Source of the DNA: a bacterium
GTDB taxonomy: Bacteria; Zhuqueibacterota; Zhuqueibacteria; Residuimicrobiales; Krinioviventaceae
DNA length: 64,000 nt
Reading direction: 5' to 3'
Assembly: GCA_963675755.2 (NCBI GenBank)
Contig: CAXXMD010000003.1
Coordinates: 384,001 to 448,000 of the forward strand
Below, piece by piece: positions 9,220 to 18,912 of the stretch. Position numbers and translations under genes: made by a program. Every line of letters starts with the position of its first letter. Within the stretch, counting starts at the first letter, position 1. Below the pieces are notes generated by a model. It was not told the origin of the DNA. It saw nothing but the letters and a program-made list of their open reading frames with translations, and ran no database searches.

Positions 9220-10288
9220 TATCCTTTCCCTGCGCTATAGGTAATAATACTGTAAACGTAGTTCCTTCATACAACATACTGGTAACAAATATGGTCCCGT
9301 TGTGTTCCTGAACAATACTATGACAAATAAAAAGGCCTAATCCTGTACCTTTACCCGGAGGTTTTGTAGTAAAAAATGGATCAAAAATATGATTTTTAAT
9401 TTTATCAGGGATCCCATCACCTGTATCACTTGTACTGATCATAACACATTCTTGCCCCTTGTAAACCATATTTTTTGTAATAACTGTAATTTTACCATTT
9501 GTATGAATTGCATCCATTGCATTGATTAACAGATTTAACAACACCTGCTCGATTTTGGTTTTAATAGCAGAAATTGCCTTTAAATCCGGATCAAGTTGGG
9601 TTATAAACTCTATACTGTTTTTCTTTAATTGTGTCTCTAAAAGACTATTGACGGTTTGTATTAATTTATTAATATCAACAGATTCATAAAACTGGTCAGC
9701 ATTTCTGGAAAATCCCAACAGATTTTGGATGATATCCGCCATACGGTCTACATTCTCATCAATATTCATAGCCTGTTTTAAAAGCTTTTCATCATCAATT
9801 GCATTGGCAATAATCTTCATTCGGGTTTTAATAACAGTAAGGGGAGTATTTAATTGATGGGCCATACCCGCAGCAAGCTGACCCACGGTTTCCATTTTAT
9901 GTGATTGGTAGAGTCGCTGTTCAAGCTGTTTTTTCTGGGTTATATCTGTTACCATTAATAAATAAACAAAGCTGAGACCATTTTCATTTTTAACGGGCCA
10001 GGTCTTTATATTAACCGGTATCAAATTGCCGTTTTTGTGTATACATTCTATTTCAAACTCTTTTGCAATTTGATCATTGTCAATCTCAACCCAGGTCTTT
10101 TCAATTATTTCAGTCCATTTAAGGGGAAGCAATTGTGTAAAGGCCAGCCCTTCTAGTTCAGAATGTTCGTACCCCAGCAGCTCACAAAACGAGGTATTTA
10201 CGCCGGTGATGGTGTGATCTTTAGCCAAAAATACAATTCCATCTTTACTGGTATCAAATAAAAATTTGTAATCTGAACAGTTGGGCAT
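9203..10288 (-). CDS. Cytoplasmic PAS-domain histidine kinase (NtrB-like)
   Basis: N-terminal PAS/PAC, H-box AGMAHQLNTPL, N-box QVLLNLLINAMDA, G1/F/G2 DTGDGI..IFDPFFTTK..GTGLGL; overlaps the regulator gene. Confidence 0.95.
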   Translation of the reverse strand: MPNCSDYKFLFDTSKDGIVFLAKDHTITGVNTSFCELLGYEHSELEGLAFTQLLPLKWTEIIEKTWVEIDNDQIAKEFEIECIHKNGNLIPVNIKTWPVKNENGLSFVYLLMVTDITQKKQLEQRLYQSHKMETVGQLAAGMAHQLNTPLTVIKTRMKIIANAIDDEKLLKQAMNIDENVDRMADIIQNLLGFSRNADQFYESVDINKLIQTVNSLLETQLKKNSIEFITQLDPDLKAISAIKTKIEQVLLNLLINAMDAIHTNGKITVITKNMVYKGQECVMISTSDTGDGIPDKIKNHIFDPFFTTKPPGKGTGLGLFICHSIVQEHNGTIFVTSMLYEGTTFTVLLPIAQGKDIEPRF

Positions 10289-10339
10289 ATTAATATTAAC
10301 CCCTCTAAATTAAGAGAATAGTTGAATACAAATTCATAT

Positions 10340-10355
10340 AACAAGAATAATGCCA
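10340..10355 (-). promoter_or_regulatory. Possible sigma54 promoter upstream of the kinase-regulator pair
   Basis: Minus strand TGGCATTATTCTTGTT (GG-N10-GT), about 50 bp upstream of the kinase ATG. Confidence 0.5.
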
Positions 10356-10430
10356 GTTTTAACAGTTGATTGTAATTAATATATTTAATAAGCGTTTATG
10401 GTACAAAAATGCCCCTGGATCTATTGAAAT

Positions 10431-10464
10431 AAAAAAGGGATGACAACGATAGAGTTATCACCCC
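10431..10464 (-). terminator. Rho-independent terminator closing the glycan locus
   Basis: GGGGUGAUAAC-UCUAUC-GUUGUCAUCCC-UUUUUU, 11-bp stem with two G-U pairs. Confidence 0.85.
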
Positions 10465-10475
10465 ATGAAAAAAAA

Positions 10476-11879
10476 TTATGCAATAATCTGAAGCGGATTG
10501 GTATTTTTCCACTCACCACGGGTAAAATCAGGAAAGACTTGTGGTGATCCATCTTGAGCAACAGAATCTTCGCTTAACGGTCCTACCGCACTCCAGAAAC
10601 ACCCTTCATATACATTCTGGTCCATCGGCAGTCCTTTCCGCAGACATTCAATGATGCGATAAAGCATAATAAAATCCATTCCACCATGTCCACCCATCTT
10701 TTTCGCCAGTTCACCCAAACGAACATACAACGGATGTTCATACTTTTCATAAATAGCATGTAACTTTTCACCTTCTACCCATTCATGATGTGTTTCAGTT
10801 ACACCTTCCACACCGCCTTCAAGGGCTATTCGTGCAGGAAAACCCGCCAGCGTTCCTTTGGTTCCCTGGATCAAATTATGACGGGTATAAGGACGTGGAC
10901 TGGTTTCGTCCCATTGTACCATAATCGTTCGACCGATACCGGTTTTAATTATTGATGTATTAATATCACCACCTTGAAAATCCAGCTGGTTCCATTTGTG
11001 TTCCGGTGGAAAATGTGATTTTGCCCAGGCATTCCTGCCTTTTGCAGGTGAAGAAAAAGCAACGATACGGGAGAAATAATCTTCCCCACGGGCAAGGTTC
11101 ATATATTGCGCAACAGGTCCTAATCCATGAGTAGGATACAGGTTACCGTTACGTTTGGAATAATGATATGTACGCCACGATCCGGTTCCACGTTCTACAT
11201 CGTTCATCTGAGTACGTAGTTCATGAATATAAGCGGCTTCTCCATGTAACAGTTCACCAATAACTCCCTGCCGACACATATTGAGATAGAGCAGTTCTTC
11301 ACGCCCGTAATTAACGTTCTCCATCATCATACAATGCTTGCCGGTCTTTTCAGAAGTATTTACAATCTCCCACATTTCTTTCAAGTTTATACCAATAGGG
11401 ACCTCAACAAACGCATGAGCTCCATTTTTCATGGCTTCAATAACCATTGGCGCATGCAGTCTCCAGGGGGTAGCTATAATTACAGCGTCGGGTTTAACAT
11501 CAGCCAGCATTTTTTTCCATAAATTTTCATCACCAAAATAGGTAGCAATATTCTGGTGACGGGTGCCCTTGCCCCGTTCTTTACAGGCATTAGCGGTTTT
11601 CATTGCCAGATCTTCATACAGATCACTGATTGCAACAATTTCGGTCCCTTCTATCTCGGCAATCTGGTGTGCATGACCGGGTCCACGCGATCCGACTCCA
11701 ATAAATGCACATCTTACGGTCTCTATTGGTGGTGCTGCATAATCGCCCATGTATTTTGAACCGGTAGGACGGTCCTTTTGTTGACTGCCTGCTCCATTAC
11801 ACCCCAGAATTATTCCAGCCCCAATACCGCTTATAGATTTGATAAATCCGCGGCGATTAAAAGCATTACTGTTTTCCAT
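10476..11879 (-). CDS. Gfo/Idh/MocA-fold NAD+-dependent glycosidase, GH109 (alpha-N-acetylgalactosaminidase-like); Tat lipoprotein
   Basis: NRRGF twin-arginine plus ILGC lipobox; IGVGSRG; ATPWRLH; MMENVNY; NGNLYPTHGLGP; GGHGGMDF. Start at the ATG at 11879 after GAGG. Confidence 0.88.
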   Translation of the reverse strand: MENSNAFNRRGFIKSISGIGAGIILGCNGAGSQQKDRPTGSKYMGDYAAPPIETVRCAFIGVGSRGPGHAHQIAEIEGTEIVAISDLYEDLAMKTANACKERGKGTRHQNIATYFGDENLWKKMLADVKPDAVIIATPWRLHAPMVIEAMKNGAHAFVEVPIGINLKEMWEIVNTSEKTGKHCMMMENVNYGREELLYLNMCRQGVIGELLHGEAAYIHELRTQMNDVERGTGSWRTYHYSKRNGNLYPTHGLGPVAQYMNLARGEDYFSRIVAFSSPAKGRNAWAKSHFPPEHKWNQLDFQGGDINTSIIKTGIGRTIMVQWDETSPRPYTRHNLIQGTKGTLAGFPARIALEGGVEGVTETHHEWVEGEKLHAIYEKYEHPLYVRLGELAKKMGGHGGMDFIMLYRIIECLRKGLPMDQNVYEGCFWSAVGPLSEDSVAQDGSPQVFPDFTRGEWKNTNPLQIIA

Positions 11880-12075
11880 TTCGACCTCTGATTGTTCATT
11901 TATTTTGAGTTTTTTATGTCTATTCATAATGGTTCAAGATTATTACTAATATCTTCAATCCTGCTGCAAAAATCAACCAATATCTGTTGACCAGATTAAT
12001 GCAATACAAATACCGGCGTTAAAATCAAAACGTTTTACTGATTTTCAATTCGAGATTTGCCCTAAGGAATAATAA

Positions 12076-13425
12076 TCAGGCTCCTATAATTCCAATAGGC
12101 TCACGGTTTTTCCAGGTCCCTCGGGTAAAATCCGGTATATCCACAGGACTACTTTTATGGGCCACTGAAATCTCACTCAAGGGTGATATCACACTCCACG
12201 ATGTGGCATCATATACATCCAGATCAGGATTTTTCCCTTCCCGCAGGCATTTGATCAAACGGTAATCTTCAATAAAATCCATTCCACCATGACTGGCGCC
12301 TTTGGATTTCTCCTCAAGCTCTTTCCACAAAGGATGTTCATATTCATCCTGATATACCTGAAATTCTTCCCATTCATGTTTTGGGCTTTTACCTTCAATA
12401 TGAATTCGTGACGGCCATTTTTCAGCAATACCTCGGGTTCCCTGAATCACATTCTTACGACTGTATGGACGGGGTAGATTGGTATCATGGTATAGCGTTA
12501 TGGAACGCCCCTGTTTGGTTTGTATCAAGCTTACATTTATATCGCCCAGGGTAAATTTTTGCCGGGCCCAGTTACTGTCTGCTCCATATTTCTCTACAGC
12601 AAATTCGTGTAAACCTGCTGCTTTACTGCTCATGGAAACCATAAAATCAAACTGATCACCACGGTTTACATTCATACACTGTGCAGCCGGTCCCAAACCA
12701 TGGGTTGTATAAAGATTACCATTGCGTTTGATGGAATGCTCTGTCCGCCAGATCGCCTCTCCTTTGGATTCAAAATCAAACTTGCCCTCACGTAGATCGT
12801 GCAAATATCCAACTTCGGCATGAACAATTTCACCCAGCAAACCCTTGCGAACCAAATTCAGCACCATGAGTTCAATTCTATCATAACAGCAGTTTTCCAT
12901 CATGATACAATATTTTTTTGTCCGTTCACTGGTCTCAACCAACTGCCAGCACTCGTCAATGGTTAACGCGGCAGGCACCTCTGTTGCAGCATGCTTGCCG
13001 GATTCCATTGCGGTTACACAGATAGGAGTATGCCATTTCCAGGGAGTTGCGGTATAAACCAGGTCAATATCATCACGGTCGCAAAGACGATAAAAATCAT
13101 ATTCGCCTTTGGAATATCCTTCAGGTACATACTTGCCTGCTTCTTTACACATATTCTGTACCCGCTCAATACGCTCCGTAAAGAGATCACCCACAGCACG
13201 AATCTCAACACCATCAATTTTCAACAAATTACGAACATGTGCTGTGCCCATTCCTCCAACACCTACAAAACCTATACGTACTTTGTCTAAAGGTTTTGCT
13301 GTAAAAAATTCAGGCTGGGTTGTTAAACGTTCAGTTGAAGCATATTTCCCCACAACAGCCCCCAACGGAGCGGCTGCACCCACTTTTAAAAAATCACGAC
13401 GATTACATTTGGACCTGCTTTTCAC
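12076..13425 (-). CDS. Second GH109-type glycosidase, Tat-exported
   Basis: NRRDFLK; VGVGGMG; ATPWKWH; MMENCCY; NGNLYTTHGLGP; SHGGMDF. True start is likely the GTG at 13425 after AGGAGG. Confidence 0.88.
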   Translation of the reverse strand: MKSRSKCNRRDFLKVGAAAPLGAVVGKYASTERLTTQPEFFTAKPLDKVRIGFVGVGGMGTAHVRNLLKIDGVEIRAVGDLFTERIERVQNMCKEAGKYVPEGYSKGEYDFYRLCDRDDIDLVYTATPWKWHTPICVTAMESGKHAATEVPAALTIDECWQLVETSERTKKYCIMMENCCYDRIELMVLNLVRKGLLGEIVHAEVGYLHDLREGKFDFESKGEAIWRTEHSIKRNGNLYTTHGLGPAAQCMNVNRGDQFDFMVSMSSKAAGLHEFAVEKYGADSNWARQKFTLGDINVSLIQTKQGRSITLYHDTNLPRPYSRKNVIQGTRGIAEKWPSRIHIEGKSPKHEWEEFQVYQDEYEHPLWKELEEKSKGASHGGMDFIEDYRLIKCLREGKNPDLDVYDATSWSVISPLSEISVAHKSSPVDIPDFTRGTWKNREPIGIIGA

Positions 13426-13555
13426 CTGCTCCTCCTGTTGATAATGTTTGCAATGATAAATTCTGTTTAAATATAATATTGATTGCTCCCATACTGGCAG
13501 GCAAATTGTATAAAAGGCATTCACAATAATGGATTTATCTATTGTGCGTCCAGAG

Positions 13556-15073
13556 TTACATTTTCTCCGGTGGAACACAAAACCAGCTCAACTGTTCATC
13601 AACTGACAAATCATTCGGAAGCTTGTTAGCAAATGGATGTGTTTGTTTAAAATGGTTCAACATTATATTTTGCATTTTTTTCAAAATTTCTGAATTCTCT
13701 GCAAGATTTGCAACATCCCGATGTTCAAAAGGATCATTCACCACATCATACAATCTATGCATCAATCCCGATGGACCGTTGCCGGTTGCATAGCCCTGTC
13801 CCAGATCACTTACCCCGGAGGTAAATATATATTTCCACTTTTCCGTGCGGATCATGGCCTTGTTGTCTATTAAAAACTCGGAAAACACATAAGGCTTGTG
13901 TTCAGTTGTTTTGTTCTCAATCAAAGGTACCAGACTTTTACCCTGTACCTGCTGCATCTGATCCAATCCTAAAAGATCAGTTATTGTAGGAGCCAGATCC
14001 ACAAATTCGCAAATGGGATCAATTTCGTTTTCAGCATCACAACGGTTACCGGGTCGAAGAATCAACGGAGAACGTACAGCTTCTTCCCACATCATGTGTT
14101 TTTCAAACCGTTTATGATGACCCAACAGGTAACCCTGATCCCCTATATATATGACAAGTGTTTCATCCGCCAGCCCTTGCTTGTCCAGTTCGTCTAATAT
14201 AATCCCCACATTCTTGTCCAGATACTCTACAGAAGTATAACAAGAAGCGATAATGCCCTTTTTATCTTTATCGCTCAGGTCTTTAAAAATTGCGGGTATC
14301 CACCGATCGTCTTGATCACTTACCGGCGGCAGTTTTATATCATCAGGATTGTATTTTTTCTGATATTCTATTGGAAAATTAAATGGAGAATGCGGTTCAT
14401 GAAAGCCAACCCACAGGCAGAATCGCTCGTCTTTATGATCTCGAATAAATCCGGCAGATTCATTGGCAAGATATGTTCCCAGATCATCCTTGTCATAATA
14501 TTCCGAAGGCAGTCCATCTGCGTTTAACCAGATTCTTGCGGGCGTTTTAAACGGCTTCCAAACAGGACGGTGTTCCAATGTTTCCGGTGTCTTTTGAGGA
14601 GGATTTGCCTGCAAATATTCTTTCCAGGCTTTAGTATCTTTGAGCACATCAAAACCGTGGGGCAAATCATTATTAAAATGGGTTTTGCCAATCACTCCGG
14701 TAGCAAAGCCATAGGTTTTCAAATGCTCCGCTATGGTTTCCTGTTTATCAGAAAATGAAGTCTGCAGCAGGGTTACACCGCTGGCATGCGGATACCGCCC
14801 AGTTAATAACGACTGCCGGGAAGCACTGCACACCGGTGCATTGGCGTATGCGTGTGAAAAACGAACACTTTTTGTCGCCAGCTTGTCCAGATTGGGGGTT
14901 TTCACCAAATCATTTCCATAACAGCCCAGTGCATGTGCGGCATGATCATCCCCAATAATACATATCACATTCTTTAATGGTTTAGCGGGTTTACGAGCAC
15001 AACTCCAGGGAGCTGTTAATCCTGCTAATGTAAATACGGCAGACTGTTTTAAAAACTGGCGTCTTGTTTTCAT
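13556..15073 (-). CDS. Formylglycine-type (S1) sulfatase, Tat lipoprotein
   Basis: TRRQFLK, PWSC lipobox, IIGDDH, CSASRQSLLTG, GKTH, HEPHSP, GDQG, EKH. Confidence 0.92.
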   Translation of the reverse strand: MKTRRQFLKQSAVFTLAGLTAPWSCARKPAKPLKNVICIIGDDHAAHALGCYGNDLVKTPNLDKLATKSVRFSHAYANAPVCSASRQSLLTGRYPHASGVTLLQTSFSDKQETIAEHLKTYGFATGVIGKTHFNNDLPHGFDVLKDTKAWKEYLQANPPQKTPETLEHRPVWKPFKTPARIWLNADGLPSEYYDKDDLGTYLANESAGFIRDHKDERFCLWVGFHEPHSPFNFPIEYQKKYNPDDIKLPPVSDQDDRWIPAIFKDLSDKDKKGIIASCYTSVEYLDKNVGIILDELDKQGLADETLVIYIGDQGYLLGHHKRFEKHMMWEEAVRSPLILRPGNRCDAENEIDPICEFVDLAPTITDLLGLDQMQQVQGKSLVPLIENKTTEHKPYVFSEFLIDNKAMIRTEKWKYIFTSGVSDLGQGYATGNGPSGLMHRLYDVVNDPFEHRDVANLAENSEILKKMQNIMLNHFKQTHPFANKLPNDLSVDEQLSWFCVPPEKM

Positions 15074-15831
15074 TTAACCTCTTTGTCTACAAAGTATAAA
15101 GGTTCATTTTTCAATTGATTATGCGCGCGTGACCACAATTCCGGGGCCTCTAATAAATAAGAGTGGGCCTGCAATATCTTACCCTGGCGCAGTCCCTGTT
15201 TTATGCGTTCAACTTTATCATATCTCTGGATCCATCCATCAAAACCATGCCGACGATAGGTTTTAACTGCCTGATTCCCTTTTCCATCTACCAAGGTATG
15301 TTCCACATCCGGTCCCCAAAGATATTCGGGATTCACCAGTTCTTCAATACCATGCATAGATGTGTTGGGTTTTAATCCACAACCCAGCATCAAAATCTGG
15401 CCATTCAGGTTGCGTAACTGAGAAAATGGTGAATTACTGCCGCATGGAGTAGTATCAAGTATATGTTTTTCAAGGATCTTTTGTGCTTTTGGGCCCACAC
15501 CACAAACCGAATGGGTGGGGTGCATGCTGCGAATTGTACCTTCCCGCTTACGGAAATACTCGGGAATGGCGCCAACACAGGATGGAGTTTTTGCAATATC
15601 AAAAACGGATTGTTCAGGAGTAACGCTTTCATAAGACAATGCGGGCATTAACAACGTACCATCACCACCTATAGCTTTAAGAATTCCACGGATTACTGTT
15701 TCTGCGCCCCCGGGTACATGACCAAGTGCTTTTAACGAAGAATGTACCATCAAAACACCACCTTTGCGAACGCCAAGATTTTGCAAGCCATTGGCAATGT
15801 TTTGTTCAAATTGCTGGTTCATGTTTGTCAT
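15070..15831 (-). CDS. AAC(3)-family N-acetyltransferase
   Basis: LMVHSSLKALGHVPGG, GTLLMPA, GAIPEYFR, RSMHPTHSV, NTSMHGIE; its TGA overlaps the sulfatase ATG (ATGA). Confidence 0.88.
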   Translation of the reverse strand: MTNMNQQFEQNIANGLQNLGVRKGGVLMVHSSLKALGHVPGGAETVIRGILKAIGGDGTLLMPALSYESVTPEQSVFDIAKTPSCVGAIPEYFRKREGTIRSMHPTHSVCGVGPKAQKILEKHILDTTPCGSNSPFSQLRNLNGQILMLGCGLKPNTSMHGIEELVNPEYLWGPDVEHTLVDGKGNQAVKTYRRHGFDGWIQRYDKVERIKQGLRQGKILQAHSYLLEAPELWSRAHNQLKNEPLYFVDKEVK

Positions 15832-16068
15832 AACGAGTCCTGCTGTTCTGAATTAATTTTCGATCTGTTTTATTATTGAAAAAATTACAAATATTAAATA
15901 TTGATTATATAGTATAAAAAATTCCAACAAAAAAACAGAAAAATTTTGGCCTCGCATTGATTCTGATAGTTAAATTATATTCAAAAAGGCAGTAACTGAA
16001 AGAACACGAAAAAAAAGAATTATACAAATTCTCACGTTTCTTTTATTGAAAAAAAAGTTTATACAGCA

Positions 16069-18900
16069 TCAGGATTTTATTTTATATATGCGCACAGGAC
16101 CCAATAATCCTGCAGGTTCCGGTTCTGTTCTTTTGGTCCGATCAACCCATAATTGTGCAATTTTGTTATCTTTTAAAGAAGCACAATAATTGAATAATAA
16201 ATTGGTAACCGATATCTGTAAAACATGTTCCGTATTGGGTAAAAGCTCTACTACAAACTGGCGTTCTCCCCACCACTTAACACCCAATCCCTTACCATCG
16301 AGCTCTGGTTCAGCAATATCATACACTTGGCCCAAGTCCAATATACATTTCCCGCTCCAACCGGACTTGAATTTGCAGGTATAAACAGCCGTTCCGGAAA
16401 AGCTGCTCAATTCAGGATCCAAAGACAAGTCTTTAAGATCTTTTAAGGATTTATGATAAACCTTGCCATTGACATGTTTCAACTCTACGGACCAACTTTT
16501 ATCGATTTCGAAAAATTGTTCCGGATCTTTGATTGTAAAAAAGTCCTTGTCTATAAATTGATTTGAAAAGATGGCATCTACCCCTTTTTTAGACTCGGCA
16601 GGTTCTGCTTCCGGCTTGTAGACTACCAGCAGAGATTCCAAAGGCCCCAGTTTAACATTGATGATTTCGGGCAGCATTCCATGCGGATAACGTTTTATCT
16701 CACCGGTTTCTGCATCCAGTTTCCAGGGGATCTTTTTTCCTGTAGAAAAACTGGCATCAAACTCTAATCGTTTATCCCGGTTCTGATTGCTGATCAGAAA
16801 AATATCGTTATCGCCCTCAGCATGATGGATGAAGAACAGCTTTTCGTCCGGTACCGTAAACAAAACATCAGGCACCAGCCGCATGCCCTGTATGGTATGC
16901 AATGCCCACGGTATTACCTGACCTTTTTCAGGGGCCGGTACGCGCTTTACCATTCCCGGATATTGAGCAAATAGCTGTTCAATTGTTGATTTTACAAATT
17001 CATCATCTTGCATTGTCCCATTGTAGCCCAAACTCCTTACAGGTACCTGGCCGATAAAAACAATCTGCCCACCGCTTGCGGCAAAGAACTGTAAAGCCTC
17101 AACCGTTTTAGGGGAAAGCGAGGATACATCGGTAACCAGCAACAACTTGTAAGCCATGGGGCCGTATCGCAATTCGCCTCTTTCAAAAATTGCATTTTCC
17201 ATCACGGTGGAATTAATATAATCACTCATGTAGCCAAAATGATTAAACGCCTGCCACAACTGGTGCAGATAATGTGGTTCTGTATTCCATGGATTTCGAT
17301 CCAAACCGTATTTTGACCATTTGTCCGGTGTATTTCCAAGGATTGCAATCTGCGTAACAGGAGCCGAATTTTGGAATATATGACAGAGTCGCGCGGCGTA
17401 ATCAAACCACAATCCAGCAAAGGGCCACCAGGTATTATTTTCATTAAAATAAGTACCATACCGGATCCATCCCGGAAAACCCGCTTCGGGCGGTGAATAA
17501 TTAAATCCATGTAGAACCAGTTGATTGACTCCACAAATAATGTTCAAATCCGTGGCTTGCTTTATATATTCCAGAGTAGCACGAAAAACTCCGATTGTGT
17601 TGGTCATTGCCTCGCAGCTTGTAATCTTTTTACCGGTTAAATGCACCCCGGAGGATGCATATTTGTTCCATATAGCATACCGGATCTGGTCAATTTCCGC
17701 CTCATGTACCCAACCGCGATTAAATAACCACTGATCGCTTTCCGGGATATCGGGAACCAGATAACCGTCGAGTAGATCCGTATATAAAAAGGGGACACCA
17801 TACGCCTGATATCGGCTCTGAACATTGTTTTGACCACACCACTGATGGAATGGCTGAATAAACCTTTCCATAAACAGGTCTGCCAAAAGTTTGCTCATAT
17901 CATAACGCACCCGGTCGAGTTTTTCTTTAAAATCATCTTTAACAGTAACTTCCAGGTTCAACAGTAAGGGCAGCCAGGGCATTAACGAATATGCATACCG
18001 TTTTTTAAATTCATCCGGCAGATCTCCGGTCCAGTTTGCGCCTTTCAGTTCTATACTGTCGCAAAACATGGAGCGGATATGTGCACCCAAGTCATCACCC
18101 AAAACGGATTTCAACTCATCAGACATGCGGTTCAGATATTTTTCAACTGCGGATTTGTTAAAATGGTCCAGCACCGGACCGTCAGCCCCCGGTGCTCCGT
18201 GCAACACATCGCGAAAACGGTTACGCCAGGTTACAATATAGAGTTTATACTCACCATCCTCTAATTCTATCTGCAATTTACCACTTGACGACAGCTGGTC
18301 CATCACATCCAGACCGTCAGATTCAGACTGTGGTACAGCAGGAAACAGCTTTAACTGCACGAGTTTGTGGTTATCGTCATTTGGGATTTCGATCCGGGTC
18401 TCAAAAGTTCCAGGTCCCTTGCAATCCCTCACTTCCAACTCAACCCCCTGTATGGTCTCCTCGGGCAAGAGAAATTTTCCACCAAAAGGCCATCCGGTAC
18501 CGACAATCAAGTCCACATACATATCCAAAGATTTGGCTTCTTTGCACGCAACCTTGACCATATCCAGCCATTCTTTACTCAACCAGTCCAAAGGTTTTGC
18601 AGGCAAGTGCGGGTACAATTCTTCATCCAAAGCTATGGGATTGATCTCTACCCCACCGGCGCCTTTTTCTTTCATCAAAAGTAATTCTCTGCGGATCTCT
18701 TTTGCGGTCACCCGATTGCCATTCCACCACCAGCGGTAAAACGGACGCGCCAGCGATGGAGGATTCACAAATGAATCTATTAAAGCCTTGGGTTCCTGCG
18801 CACTCCAGGATCTAATGGAAAGCGGAGCAAGAGACATTGCACTGCTGCAAACAACTGTTTTTTTAAGAAACGAACGACGGGTACAACGGGTATCGATCAT
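16069..18900 (-). CDS. GH106-family glycoside hydrolase (alpha-L-rhamnosidase-like), Tat-exported
   Basis: TRRSFLK; RPFYRWWWNG; GAGGVEINPI; GTGWPFGG; FCDSIE; HGFNYSP; C-terminal LDLGQV...AGLLGPV. Confidence 0.8.
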   Translation of the reverse strand: MIDTRCTRRSFLKKTVVCSSAMSLAPLSIRSWSAQEPKALIDSFVNPPSLARPFYRWWWNGNRVTAKEIRRELLLMKEKGAGGVEINPIALDEELYPHLPAKPLDWLSKEWLDMVKVACKEAKSLDMYVDLIVGTGWPFGGKFLLPEETIQGVELEVRDCKGPGTFETRIEIPNDDNHKLVQLKLFPAVPQSESDGLDVMDQLSSSGKLQIELEDGEYKLYIVTWRNRFRDVLHGAPGADGPVLDHFNKSAVEKYLNRMSDELKSVLGDDLGAHIRSMFCDSIELKGANWTGDLPDEFKKRYAYSLMPWLPLLLNLEVTVKDDFKEKLDRVRYDMSKLLADLFMERFIQPFHQWCGQNNVQSRYQAYGVPFLYTDLLDGYLVPDIPESDQWLFNRGWVHEAEIDQIRYAIWNKYASSGVHLTGKKITSCEAMTNTIGVFRATLEYIKQATDLNIICGVNQLVLHGFNYSPPEAGFPGWIRYGTYFNENNTWWPFAGLWFDYAARLCHIFQNSAPVTQIAILGNTPDKWSKYGLDRNPWNTEPHYLHQLWQAFNHFGYMSDYINSTVMENAIFERGELRYGPMAYKLLLVTDVSSLSPKTVEALQFFAASGGQIVFIGQVPVRSLGYNGTMQDDEFVKSTIEQLFAQYPGMVKRVPAPEKGQVIPWALHTIQGMRLVPDVLFTVPDEKLFFIHHAEGDNDIFLISNQNRDKRLEFDASFSTGKKIPWKLDAETGEIKRYPHGMLPEIINVKLGPLESLLVVYKPEAEPAESKKGVDAIFSNQFIDKDFFTIKDPEQFFEIDKSWSVELKHVNGKVYHKSLKDLKDLSLDPELSSFSGTAVYTCKFKSGWSGKCILDLGQVYDIAEPELDGKGLGVKWWGERQFVVELLPNTEHVLQISVTNLLFNYCASLKDNKIAQLWVDRTKRTEPEPAGLLGPVRIYKIKS

Positions 18901-18912
18901 AATTTCCTCTCT

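Noticed and set aside
12076-13578. Long N-terminal extensions in the ORF track (also 34987, 38508, 39677, 33039, 27962, 59435, 61599)
   Set aside because: Downstream starts have clear RBSs or signal peptides, and several extensions overlap neighbouring genes.
15070-15831. Calling the AAC(3)-family gene an acquired aminoglycoside-resistance gene
   Set aside because: No mobile context, and it is coupled to a sulfatase; family membership alone does not show resistance.
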